Shown: positions 18,239 to 27,040 of the stretch, one piece after another
How positions within the stretch are numbered: position 1 is the first letter of the stretch
How the letters are laid out: each line of letters opens with the position of its first letter
Program-made: the position numbers and the translations under genes
Notes under the pieces: generated by a model
What the model saw: only the letters and a program-made list of their open reading frames with translations
Database searches by the model: none
Told to the model about the DNA's origin: nothing
DNA from: Candidatus Sulfopaludibacter sp. SbA3
GTDB lineage: Bacteria; Acidobacteriota; Terriglobia; 20CM-2-55-15
Assembly (NCBI GenBank): GCA_945865815.1
Contig: CAMBFR010000003.1
Coordinates: 1,258 to 65,257, forward strand
Length of the DNA stretch: 64,000 bases
Reading direction: 5' to 3'

Positions 18239-20998
18239 TTAGAAGAGTGGTTCTGCCACATAAACCACAGTCCGGTCTTTAATATCTCTTCCCCTGAAAT
18301 AAACTCTCCGGTCGTCGCCCAGGACAATATGGGTGACTCCCATGATGTAGTCTCCGTCTTCGGTGGCAACCGTGCTCGTTTGAATCATGCCCACCCTGTC
18401 GGCGCCACGAAAAACCAGTCCGTTCATGCCGCCCCTGAAGCCTGCCGCAAACGCGATGTCGCCTTGCCGATTTACAGCGAAATTGCCGATGAAGTTGATC
18501 TCCGCGCCGTTTGGACCTGTGTCGGCATTGGTCACAAGCGGAATCCATTCTCGATCCCGATATTCCGCAAGAACGTTTTGGCCGCCACTGAGGTTAAGAA
18601 TGGCGTAGAAGCGGCCATTCGCTGCTTCCAGCTGGCTGACCCGCGTGATGGTCTGGTTGTTCACCCGGGTGACGTCCATCAAAGCAGCCGCTATCCAGTT
18701 CCCGTTTTCATGGAGGAACAAGCCCGAGGGTCCGCCATTGACAGCCAGATACGTCATGACGCGGCCGAGCGAATCCACAGCCTGAGGCCACCCCAAATTC
18801 CGTACGACGCCGCCGGCCGGGCTCGTTGTCTGCCAGAGCGGGTTCCCCACGCTGTAAGCCAGCACGGTGGTACGGCCGTTGGCCAGGAGAAGCAAACGCT
18901 GATGCTGCCGGTCCGTGTCGGCTCTCACCAGCGCGAACCCATTTTCGCTGACCGAGAGCAGCGTGGCGCTCGACAGCAGGACTCCATCGCTCGCGGATGT
19001 GTTGTGCGCCATAACCACTTCGGCCCGGCCACCGGCTAGACGATAGATATTTCCCGCGGAACTGAAATAGAGTCCCTGGCTGCTCTGGTACGAGATCCCG
19101 TCGATTCCGTCGAAGATGGATCTATCCGGGAGGCGGTCTCCATTAAGCAATCGTGGAATCGGACCTCGCGGATTCAATGAGAAAAGATTGGCGCGCCCTC
19201 CGCCCAGGAGCACGTAAGGCTCTCCGGCGTCACTGCCGGAAGCCAGGCCGTTGATGGTTATGTTCGCCGTAACGTTGACCTGGCTACCCGCCTGAAAAAG
19301 CACCATTGGGTCCGGCGCCGCCCGAACCACGACGAACTGATTGTCCACGGTTGCGACATCCGCATACACCCGGCCGTCCGCGGTGATGGCGACAGCGTTT
19401 ATGCTTCGAATCGGCTCGCCATTGGGAGCGATCCCTCCTTCGGCCAGGATCAGCGACGGATTGCCGCTCTCCCATCGATACAGCGCGGATCCCGCTCCAG
19501 TGTCGGCGACAAAAGCGACACTGCCGTTGGAAGCAATTGCGAGGCGGTTCCCCCACCATCTCAGTGCTACGTTTTCAGTGCGCACGGCGGTTTTGCGCGA
19601 CAGATACATTTGTCCGCCGTCCACCTCCAGGACGAACGCGAGGGTTCCATCGGCCGCATTGGCGAGATCGTAAATACTACGGACTGTCGAACCGGCGAAA
19701 GAATCGCCGGTTCCAATGACCTTCACCGGACTCTGCGCGCGCTCCCTTCGATAGATGGCGTTACCTGTGCCGCTCCACGCCCTGAAATACACCGTCCCGG
19801 CGCGATCGATTCCAATCTCGTTGACACCGAGCACGCCTTCCAGTCCGGGCAGAGGCTCGCCTTCCCACCACGCCAATTCCAACCCCGATTCCGAGCGCAC
19901 AAATAATCCATTCCGCCCAAGAGGAATATTGGCCCATTGGAATTGCGCCCCGAAGGCGATATCACCGTTGTCGTTCAGGTCGAAACCGCGGCCGCAGCAC
20001 AAGCGCAGATTTTCGAAGCCGCCTGCGGATTCGCCCTCGAGTAAGACGAAGGATTTTCCCTGCCGCGATGCGAGCACCAAAGCGATCCCAGGCTGGCCGT
20101 CAATTCCGGCCAGCGTCAGAACGTCGCCGCGGCTGTTGATCACCGGCGGCTCCATGCCCATAATGGTGCCGCCGGGCAGAGGCCCGAGCGTTCCGGCGCC
20201 GACCAGGAGGTCGAAGACACCCCTGTCATACAGCATCAAGCCACTGGTCATGCCATTCAACGACGCATTAAATGCAACCTGGCCGGCATCATTGACTGCG
20301 ATTTTGTGACTGCCAGTCGGCGGGCGCAACGAAGCCGATGGCAGCACCTCGTCAGATGAAAGCAACCGGGTGAGCCGGTACGACGCCGGCGCCCGCACAT
20401 CAATCGCCGCGCTGCCGCTGACCTGCGGCGCAAACTGGCCCTGACCCGCGGGATAGTTGATCGATGCGACCACCGTAAACCTGCCCACGGCACTGGCGGA
20501 CAACACGCCGGTGTTGTCGATTCGCGCAGCCTGGGTCTGAAACCCTCCGGCCCCGATGACCTGCCATAGAAAGGTCACGCCCGGAATCGGTTGCAGATCC
20601 ACGTTCAGCGCGGAGGCCCGAAACTGAAACTGATCTCCCACGATGACGACCTTTGATGAAGGGGACACATCAATTCTCAGCGGCAGGACCTGAATGCGGA
20701 CACTCGCCGACAGGCTGGTCAGCGAAGCGGCAATTTCAGTGACCCCCAGGCCGCGAGCCGTTACCAGGCCGTTCGCGTCCACCGTGGCAATGTTTGTGTT
20801 GTTGGATCGCCAGCTGAACTGGTCGCTTGCACGCAGCGAGCCGTCCGAATTGCGGGCGGAAGCGAGAACAAGAGTCTGTTGCCCGGAAATGAGCCGTGGC
20901 TGCTCGATGAAAAGATGGATGCGGCTCACACGAGTCTGTGCGAACCCGGACGCCGTAGCGGCGAGGTAGAGGATTGCCAGGAAACGGGAGACTCTCAA
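18239..20998 (-). CDS. giant secreted Big_2 / beta-propeller-repeat protein (second copy of the family)
   Basis: A TTG start with GGAGGA about 10 nt upstream gives the signal peptide (M)RVSRFLAILYLAATASGFAQT. The TTG overlaps the TGA of the DUF1501 gene. Big_2 segments and repeats LNDNGDIAFGAQF, VNDAGQVAFNASLNG, VNRQGDIAFAAGF. The first 156 codons of ORF 18239..21466 are Arg-rich out-of-frame overlap and not real. Confidence 0.7.
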   Translation of the reverse strand: MRVSRFLAILYLAATASGFAQTRVSRIHLFIEQPRLISGQQTLVLASARNSDGSLRASDQFSWRSNNTNIATVDANGLVTARGLGVTEIAASLTSLSASVRIQVLPLRIDVSPSSKVVIVGDQFQFRASALNVDLQPIPGVTFLWQVIGAGGFQTQAARIDNTGVLSASAVGRFTVVASINYPAGQGQFAPQVSGSAAIDVRAPASYRLTRLLSSDEVLPSASLRPPTGSHKIAVNDAGQVAFNASLNGMTSGLMLYDRGVFDLLVGAGTLGPLPGGTIMGMEPPVINSRGDVLTLAGIDGQPGIALVLASRQGKSFVLLEGESAGGFENLRLCCGRGFDLNDNGDIAFGAQFQWANIPLGRNGLFVRSESGLELAWWEGEPLPGLEGVLGVNEIGIDRAGTVYFRAWSGTGNAIYRRERAQSPVKVIGTGDSFAGSTVRSIYDLANAADGTLAFVLEVDGGQMYLSRKTAVRTENVALRWWGNRLAIASNGSVAFVADTGAGSALYRWESGNPSLILAEGGIAPNGEPIRSINAVAITADGRVYADVATVDNQFVVVRAAPDPMVLFQAGSQVNVTANITINGLASGSDAGEPYVLLGGGRANLFSLNPRGPIPRLLNGDRLPDRSIFDGIDGISYQSSQGLYFSSAGNIYRLAGGRAEVVMAHNTSASDGVLLSSATLLSVSENGFALVRADTDRQHQRLLLLANGRTTVLAYSVGNPLWQTTSPAGGVVRNLGWPQAVDSLGRVMTYLAVNGGPSGLFLHENGNWIAAALMDVTRVNNQTITRVSQLEAANGRFYAILNLSGGQNVLAEYRDREWIPLVTNADTGPNGAEINFIGNFAVNRQGDIAFAAGFRGGMNGLVFRGADRVGMIQTSTVATEDGDYIMGVTHIVLGDDRRVYFRGRDIKDRTVVYVAEPLF

Positions 20999-22311
20999 CC
21001 GAAAACTTCCTCCACTGCCGTATACACTCCGTACTCGGCATATGGAACGTACTCGAACTTTCGGCCCGACGGAGTATCGGTAATGCTCTTGGTCCAGTTG
21101 ATCCCAAGGGCGGAATAGATCGTTGCCGCCAGATCCTCCATAACGATCGGGCGCTGAGCGCTCCACCCGGGAGTAGTAACCCTGTCGCCAATTCTGTCTG
21201 TCGCACCGATGGCCCGGCCGCCCCGGACGCCGCCACCGAGCATCGCCACGCTCATCGCATACTTGTGGTGGTCGCGGCCGCCTCGTGAATTCAAGTCTCC
21301 AGGCGTGCGCCCGAATTCTCCCATCATCACGATAAGCGTCTGGGCGAAATCGCCGCTTGCCTTGAGATCTTCCACCAGCGCGCCAACAGCCCGGTCGAGC
21401 TCGTTTGTGAGTTGATAAATACTGGGGGTGTAGCGGCGATCGAACATGTTCTGGTGCGTGTCCCATCCCTGTTGAGTGACGTTCACGAACACCGTCCCGC
21501 TTTTTGCCTGGATCGCATTGCGTGCAACGATAACCGAGCGCGCGAAATTCGTGTCTCCGTACCGCCCGGTGTCGTCACTCGAGAACCGGAATACATTCGA
21601 AATTCCCTGCTGATACATCAGCTGCCGGGCAGACTTGTAGAAGTCGGAGTGGTCGGCCATCCGCCTGTCGAAGGGAGCGGCGCGCAATGGTCCCTCCAGA
21701 TCTTCAAGGAGCTTGAACTTCTCTTCGAACCGCGTCTGGCTCTCGTTGCCATAGAAACTGTGTTCGAGGGTTGCAAGGCCGCCGGCGTTGGTCGGCGCCG
21801 TCATCGGCTGAAGCTTTCCGCCCAGAAACGTCGCCCCCTGCCCCGCAAACGAGTTGAGGGTGAAGAACGGGGGCAGCCGGTCATCGCTGCTCTTCTCGAG
21901 TCCAACGACTGCTCCGATATGAGGAGTCTCCGCGACGAATGCAGGGTTGGAGGGATGCGCGGTCTGCATGTAGAACTGGCCGCGCGTGTGCTCGGCTTCC
22001 CAACTGGAAACGGAACGAAGAACGGCGAGGTCGTTCGTGATTTTGGACAATTGCGGAAACAGCGTATTTGAAAGAACGATGCCGCCCGGATATTGCCGGA
22101 GATCGGCGTCGAAGGGATTCCACGGGCCGTCCTTGGGATCAAACGTATCCAGGTGGCTCGGGGCTCCGGAGAGATTTATGAAAATGCAGGCTCGGGCCGT
22201 GCCGCGAACATTTGCGGATGGCGAGACGCTCACCTGTGCTTCTCCCGTTCGAGCCAGAGACATGAACGCAGTCCAGCTCGCCGCCTGCTTCAGCCAGTCG
22301 CGCCGTGTCAT
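20995..22311 (-). CDS. DUF1501 family protein (sulfatase-like fold, Tat signal)
   Basis: MTRRDWLKQAASWTAFMSLA twin-arginine leader. The DUF1501 hallmark is ...MLGGGVRGGRAIGATDRIGD... The ATG at 22311 was verified. Confidence 0.75.
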   Translation of the reverse strand: MTRRDWLKQAASWTAFMSLARTGEAQVSVSPSANVRGTARACIFINLSGAPSHLDTFDPKDGPWNPFDADLRQYPGGIVLSNTLFPQLSKITNDLAVLRSVSSWEAEHTRGQFYMQTAHPSNPAFVAETPHIGAVVGLEKSSDDRLPPFFTLNSFAGQGATFLGGKLQPMTAPTNAGGLATLEHSFYGNESQTRFEEKFKLLEDLEGPLRAAPFDRRMADHSDFYKSARQLMYQQGISNVFRFSSDDTGRYGDTNFARSVIVARNAIQAKSGTVFVNVTQQGWDTHQNMFDRRYTPSIYQLTNELDRAVGALVEDLKASGDFAQTLIVMMGEFGRTPGDLNSRGGRDHHKYAMSVAMLGGGVRGGRAIGATDRIGDRVTTPGWSAQRPIVMEDLAATIYSALGINWTKSITDTPSGRKFEYVPYAEYGVYTAVEEVFG

Positions 22312-22345
22312 CTTGTAACAGCTCGGACAGCCCTTCACGTGACTC

Positions 22346-23524
22346 CTAGTAGTTGAATATGAAATCCAGCTTGTTGAGCAGCACCCATTGGAGATTGGAC
22401 AGCCACCTTTCGCGGTCATCAATCTTCGCTGCGTTGACCGTGGCCATCTCATGCTCGGCGGGATCGCGCCCAAGCGTGGCCAGGAACATCTGGCGCACCA
22501 GCTCGTCGTCGCTCGCCGTTGAACGCAACAGCGTGCTGACGCGGGTATTCATGCCGCGGTTGTCGAAAGTCCTGTTGTTGATCGCCGAATCATTCATGAA
22601 ATAGAGGACCTGAATGACGGTTGTCGTCGAATTTCGGGGAAGCTGCCACCAATCGCCGCGTCCGAAGTTGGTCAGGAAGTTCCGGACGTTGAAATCCTGG
22701 GAAGGCTCGGTCGGATCGGGAAGCTGCGTCGCGTAGAGCACGGGCTTGTCGAATCCCTGGACGCTCATCGGCGCTTCGGTCCGGGTGGCCGTTATGACGG
22801 CGTCGTAAATTTCCTCAGCCAGGAGACGCCGCGGAAAGTGCTTGGCAAAATAAGGAGCAAATTCCGGCTTCCATTCACCCGGATACCGGCTCGACAACTG
22901 GTAGGCGTTCGACTCCACCATCAAACGGATCATCCGGCGGACGCTGTAGTTCGACCGGATGAACTCATCGGCCAACGCCTCGATCAACTCCGGATGCGTC
23001 GGGTGCAAACCCCACGGCGCAGCAGGCGGCTGCTTTGGATTGATTCTGCCAAGATCCCAGGCATCCGGCGGGTCTACGATGCCAACCGTGAAGAAATGCG
23101 CCCACAGGTAATTGACAGCGGCCCTCGCAAACTGACGATCTGAAACCAGCATCCGGGCAAATTCTTCGCGCCAGTTGCCGCCGCGGGGTTTCTCACCGGT
23201 CAGCATGAATACAGGCTCGTATGGAGCACCCACTCTCGACGGACGCGGCCCGGGATTATTGGAATTCACATAGCCGTGGTAGCTGCCGACCGGCCGATCC
23301 GAAATAATCACGCGGTTCTGCTGATTGAAGGCGTCCACCGGAATGACGTTCATGTTCATGCGCGAAAAAAACGCCGACATGCGCATGAATTCGGAGCGCC
23401 GGCGCACCGCCATGTACGTATTGATCTCCTCCAGGTGACGCCGCCCGTCGTGACAGGAAATGCATTCCGTCTTGATACCGAGAAATCTTGTGGTGACGCG
23501 GTCGGTGAGCGTGTCCCAGGTGTC
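22346..23524 (-). CDS. DUF1553 (PSD1) portion of a DUF1549-DUF1553 protein; downstream half of a gene split by an in-frame TAG
   Basis: Ends ...WVLLNKLDFIFNY, the typical DUF1553 C-terminus. Between the TAG at 23525-23527 and the first Met at 23413 it reads DTWDTLTDRVTTRFLGIKTECISCHDGRRHLEEINTY in the same frame. That segment carries the conserved C..CHD motif that links PSCyt2 to PSD1. Confidence 0.55.
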   Translation of the reverse strand, partial: DTWDTLTDRVTTRFLGIKTECISCHDGRRHLEEINTYMAVRRRSEFMRMSAFFSRMNMNVIPVDAFNQQNRVIISDRPVGSYHGYVNSNNPGPRPSRVGAPYEPVFMLTGEKPRGGNWREEFARMLVSDRQFARAAVNYLWAHFFTVGIVDPPDAWDLGRINPKQPPAAPWGLHPTHPELIEALADEFIRSNYSVRRMIRLMVESNAYQLSSRYPGEWKPEFAPYFAKHFPRRLLAEEIYDAVITATRTEAPMSVQGFDKPVLYATQLPDPTEPSQDFNVRNFLTNFGRGDWWQLPRNSTTTVIQVLYFMNDSAINNRTFDNRGMNTRVSTLLRSTASDDELVRQMFLATLGRDPAEHEMATVNAAKIDDRERWLSNLQWVLLNKLDFIFNY

Positions 23525-24157
23525 CTAAATCGGATCACCCTGCTGGGACGCGCGAATCAGGAAATTCGGTGGACCCGATGTGTGGGAGTCTCCGGTTGCC
23601 GTGATCAACTCGGTGGCGATCTCCTGATAAGAACGATCCCTTGCGACGAAATCACGAAGGTAGGAATGGAAGAGATTGCGTCCCGGAATCCCAATCAGGT
23701 TGTAGTACCGTCCCGTAACCTCGAAAAAGTTCGCGTAGTAGAACGTCCAGTTATCGATGAATGCTTCAGACCCGACCAGGGAATCGATAAGGAAGGAACG
23801 CTTGTCGGCGCGCCCATCGGCAAGAAACGCCTCCACCTGCTCGGGCTGGGGAATCCGCCCTGTCACGTCCAGGGAAAGGCGCCTTAGAAATTCCGCATCC
23901 GTCGTGAGAGGCGCCGGCTGAACGCCTGCGGCCGCCATTTTGCCGAAAATGAAATCGTCGATGAAATTGTTGCTGCCCTGGGCGAACCGGATATCGCCCG
24001 GCTCGCCAAGCGAGGAAACCAGCACCTCCGGCGCCGCGTCTTTCTGAGACCGCGCGAACTCCGGCGGAAACTGACTGTGGGGATATACGGGGCAATGATC
24101 GCTTCCTGCCCAGACCGACATCGCGCCGAGAAGAAGCGCTACGGAAACTCGATGCAT
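23525..24157 (-). CDS. DUF1549 (PSCyt2) portion of the same DUF1549-DUF1553 gene; terminated by an in-frame TAG at 23525-23527
   Basis: Signal peptide MHRVSVALLLGAMSVWA. DUF1549 motifs DDFIFGKMAAAGVQPAP...EFLRRLSLDVTGRIPQPEQVEAFLAD...KR..LIDSLVGSEAFIDNWTFYYANFF. Confidence 0.55.
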   Translation of the reverse strand: MHRVSVALLLGAMSVWAGSDHCPVYPHSQFPPEFARSQKDAAPEVLVSSLGEPGDIRFAQGSNNFIDDFIFGKMAAAGVQPAPLTTDAEFLRRLSLDVTGRIPQPEQVEAFLADGRADKRSFLIDSLVGSEAFIDNWTFYYANFFEVTGRYYNLIGIPGRNLFHSYLRDFVARDRSYQEIATELITATGDSHTSGPPNFLIRASQQGDPI

Positions 24158-24207
24158 CCAGCGAAACTCCAGGCCGCGATGTTAGTCACGGGGCTAAATC
24201 GAGTCAA

Positions 24208-24238
24208 TTGAATCCTGTACCGGGTAGTGGCGTATAAT
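24208..24238 (+). promoter_or_regulatory. candidate sigma70 promoter for the cytochrome c-propeller gene
   Basis: TTGAAT (24208-24213), a 19-nt spacer, then a perfect TATAAT (24233-24238). AGGAGG sits 8 nt upstream of the ATG at 24282. The spacer is on the long side. Confidence 0.3.
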
Positions 24239-24281
24239 CGCGCAAATTTCCATACAGTCTTCAAGCAGGAGGGTAAGGCGC

Positions 24282-25499
24282 ATGCGAAGCAAAGCGTTCC
24301 CAGTTCTGACATCAGCGATGTTTGCCGGTCTCCTTGTTGTTGTGCCGGCAGAAGCACAGCGGGGCGGCACGGTTCAGTTGCCGGCAGGAGCAGGCCGGGA
24401 AATTCTCCAGAGTAAGTGCACCCAGTGCCACGGACTAAACCTGATCACCAACTCGGCCGGCTTCAGCAGAGACGTCTGGGGAGCCCTGATCCCCACGATG
24501 GTGGCGATGCCCGCCGATGAAGCCGGAGTGCTCAGCGGATACCTGGCAGCGAACTTCCCCGCAAAGCCCGGGACTCGTCCCTCGCTGGTTTCGGGTGAGA
24601 CGTCGATCAAGATCAAGGAGTGGATGGTCCCGACCCTTGGCCAGCGGTCGCGCGACCCCATCGAGGCGCCGGACGGCTCGATCTGGTGGACCGGTATGTG
24701 GGCAAGCCTGGCGGGAAGGCTCGATCCCAAGACGGGACAGATGAAAGAGTACCCTCTGCCGCCCAGCGCAAAACCGCACACCATATTTCCCGACAAAGAT
24801 GGAACCATCTGGTACACAGGCAACAGCAACGCCACGATCGGCAAGCTGGATCCCAGTACCGGGAAGACCACAGAGTATCCGACCAAGGCGCGAGATCCTC
24901 ATTCCGCCGTTATCCACCAGAACGGCAGAATCTATTTCACCGCCCAGGGCGCGCGCATGATCGGGCGTCTCAGTCCCGAGACCGGCGAAATCACCGAGGT
25001 CCCGACAGAGGCGAATCCTTACGGAATCCAGGCGGCTCCCGACGGCACGCTCTGGGTTGCCTACAACGGGACAAACAAAATCGGCGCCGTTAATCCGGAT
25101 ACGCTGAGTATCCGTTACTACGAGGTGCCGGACACGGCGTCGCGTATTCGCCGCCTCGGACTTACCAGTGACGGCATGGTCTGGTATGGAAACAACACGC
25201 GAGGCCGAATTGGCAGGCTCAACCCGAAGACGGGCGAGGTCCGGGAGTGGCTGTCGCCGAGCGGCCCGACATCCGATCCTTATGCCTTCGTCGTCGTCAA
25301 GGACATCATCTGGTACAACGAATCAGGAATGAGACCGGACACGCTCGTGCGCTTTGACCCGAAGACGGAACGATTCCAAAGCTGGCCGATTCCCTCCGGA
25401 TTCGGCATCATCCGGAATTTCGGCGTGACCCGGGAAGGTAACCTGATTATCCACCAGAGCAGCTCGAACCGCGTGGGCCTGGTTGAAATCCAAAACTAG
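24282..25499 (+). CDS. cytochrome c domain fused to a six-bladed Vgb-like (streptogramin-lyase-type) beta-propeller
   Basis: Signal peptide, then CTQCH haem motif with ...DVWGALIPTM. Six repeats follow of the type DGSIWWTG..GRLDPKTGQMKEYPLP, DGTIWYTG..GKLDPSTGKTTEYP, NGRIYFTA..GRLSPETGEITEVP and so on. Confidence 0.75.
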   Translation: MRSKAFPVLTSAMFAGLLVVVPAEAQRGGTVQLPAGAGREILQSKCTQCHGLNLITNSAGFSRDVWGALIPTMVAMPADEAGVLSGYLAANFPAKPGTRPSLVSGETSIKIKEWMVPTLGQRSRDPIEAPDGSIWWTGMWASLAGRLDPKTGQMKEYPLPPSAKPHTIFPDKDGTIWYTGNSNATIGKLDPSTGKTTEYPTKARDPHSAVIHQNGRIYFTAQGARMIGRLSPETGEITEVPTEANPYGIQAAPDGTLWVAYNGTNKIGAVNPDTLSIRYYEVPDTASRIRRLGLTSDGMVWYGNNTRGRIGRLNPKTGEVREWLSPSGPTSDPYAFVVVKDIIWYNESGMRPDTLVRFDPKTERFQSWPIPSGFGIIRNFGVTREGNLIIHQSSSNRVGLVEIQN

Positions 25500-25519
25500 A
25501 CCGAACTGCCGAAAACAAA

Positions 25520-25591
25520 GCGGGCGCGGCCGGAGCCGCGCCCGCCCATGCCCTGCTTAGGAGATTTCAGGGGGACTTGGAAGTCTCCCCC
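25520..25591. terminator. two GC-rich hairpins between convergent genes (putative bidirectional terminators)
   Basis: GCGGGCGCGG-ccggag-CCGCGCCCGC (25520-25545), preceded by an A/T-rich stretch for the minus-strand gene. A second hairpin GGGGGACTTGGAAGTCTCCCCC lies at 25570-25591. U-tracts are weak. Confidence 0.4.
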
Positions 25592-25599
25592 GAATCACT

Positions 25600-26619
25600 C
25601 TATTGCGCTGAGGCGCGCGCGACGTTTATGGGAATGACATCCATACCGCCATCGCCGAGCCGCGGCTTCCCCCAGTTCACGTAACCGCGAGCAATTCCCG
25701 CTGCCGCTGTTGCACCGGTAATGGTCAACGTGTAGGTCCGGCGTTCCCCGGCAGCCAGAAACGGTATCTCCCAGGCTGCGGCTTCGGTGTTCGTATAGTT
25801 ATCGCGGCGGATACCGGTATAGCCGGCTCCCGTCGTTGCCGTCACCGTGACGCCTGCCTGTTGCGCCGCGGCGGCGCCTCCCGGCAACGGAAGAAACATG
25901 GTCAGGTTCTCGGCCGCAAGACCTTTACCGCGCGCGCCGCCGTTGGAAAGCGTGATCGTATAGGTGACCGTGTTGCCCGAAGCAGGCGGGGCGGTGATAT
26001 TCGCGGAGATATTGGCGCGCAGTCCCTGATCCACGCCAAAGAACTGCCAGATCTCGTGCAGCGCCTCTTCACTCAATCTCTGCCGGGAATAGTTCCCCAT
26101 GCGAAGATGTGCACGGTCGCGATTCGCCTCACCGGTGGTATGCGCGTACACCTCCTCTTTGAACCATTCGAAGTCCGCGCCCAGGCCGCCCGCGGTTCTG
26201 CGCGGATTCGCCATGAGCTGGCCATGGCATTGTCCGCACCCGTACGAAATCATCAGCCGCTGCCTTTCGGTGGCATTGGCCGGAACGTTCGTTAACCACT
26301 GGCCGGGCTCGGGAACCTTCGCCAGGGTCGCCAGGTAAGCCGCAGCCTGACGAACTTCCTGATCGGTAATGTTCTTATCGGCCGCAAAGGCGGGCATGAC
26401 TCCCCATGGCTGCCGGACAGCCCGCATGAACTGCGCGGGAGTCAAAGTATGGCCGGCGAGATCCGGACCTAGTCCACCCTCTCCCCTCACGCCGTGACAC
26501 AGCCTGCAATCGTGGTTGAAGCTTTCCCAGATAGCTTTCCCCGCCTGAACGTCTCCGCCGCCACCGGCAGGACCCTGGGCCAAAGGAATCAAAAGTAGCG
26601 CAATGAAAATGGGGTTCAT
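25600..26619 (-). CDS. dihaem c-type cytochrome with C-terminal beta-sandwich domain (paralog 2)
   Basis: MNPIFIALLLIPLAQGPAG signal. CRLCH and CGQCH haem motifs. Collinear with and about 55-60% identical to the ORF at 12171..13151. Confidence 0.8.
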   Translation of the reverse strand: MNPIFIALLLIPLAQGPAGGGGDVQAGKAIWESFNHDCRLCHGVRGEGGLGPDLAGHTLTPAQFMRAVRQPWGVMPAFAADKNITDQEVRQAAAYLATLAKVPEPGQWLTNVPANATERQRLMISYGCGQCHGQLMANPRRTAGGLGADFEWFKEEVYAHTTGEANRDRAHLRMGNYSRQRLSEEALHEIWQFFGVDQGLRANISANITAPPASGNTVTYTITLSNGGARGKGLAAENLTMFLPLPGGAAAAQQAGVTVTATTGAGYTGIRRDNYTNTEAAAWEIPFLAAGERRTYTLTITGATAAAGIARGYVNWGKPRLGDGGMDVIPINVARASAQ

Positions 26620-26706
26620 ACTCGGCCTCCTGCGCGTAACTCTACGCCACAACTTTCGGAGCGCAAAAAACTTTCTGGGAGGTAATTGACGAGTCGGCAG
26701 GCTGTG

Positions 26707-27022
26707 GGCGCGGGGCTTTAGCGCTGTGCAAAGTTCCAGAAAATTTCTATTTGATCCCTGGCACCGGGCTAAAAGCCCCGCGCCTGCGCAAAAACTCCCC
26801 TCCTGGATTAGGAGGGGTGCCGTTCGCGCGTTTTTTAGCGAACGGCGGGGTGGTGTCCAATCAATTAATGAGCGCTACGCGAGCATCCATAAGGTGGCTT
26901 CGCGTCATTCCGTACCACCCCGTCTGCGCCAATAAGGAACGGGACCATTCCCCTGGTGGCGCAGCCACCCCTCCTAACACAGGCGGGGAATAGGAGTGGC
27001 ACGGGGCTGAAGCCCCGCGCCT
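26707..27022. repeat. copy B of the GC-rich nested-palindrome intergenic repeat family (~315 bp)
   Basis: Modules: GGCGCGGGGCTTT...AAAGCCCCGCGCC, CTCCCCTCCTGGATTAGGAGGGGTG, CCGTTCGCGCGTTTTTTAGCGAACGG, GGGGTGGTGT...GTACCACCCCG, CCACCCCTCCTAACACAGGCGGGG and GGCACGGGGCTGAAGCCCCGCGCC. Same orientation as copy D. Confidence 0.65.
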
Positions 27023-27040
27023 ACGGGTCGACTGCAGGGT

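Noticed and set aside
20999-21466. N-terminal 156 codons of ORF 18239..21466 and the first 54 codons of ORF 20995..22473
   Set aside because: Upstream of clear signal or Tat peptides that have their own start codons. The extensions overlap the neighbouring gene in another frame and are Arg-rich.
24374-24917. Minus-strand ORFs antisense to the cytochrome c-propeller gene
   Set aside because: The sense frame has a convincing haem motif and six propeller blades. The antisense frames have no features.
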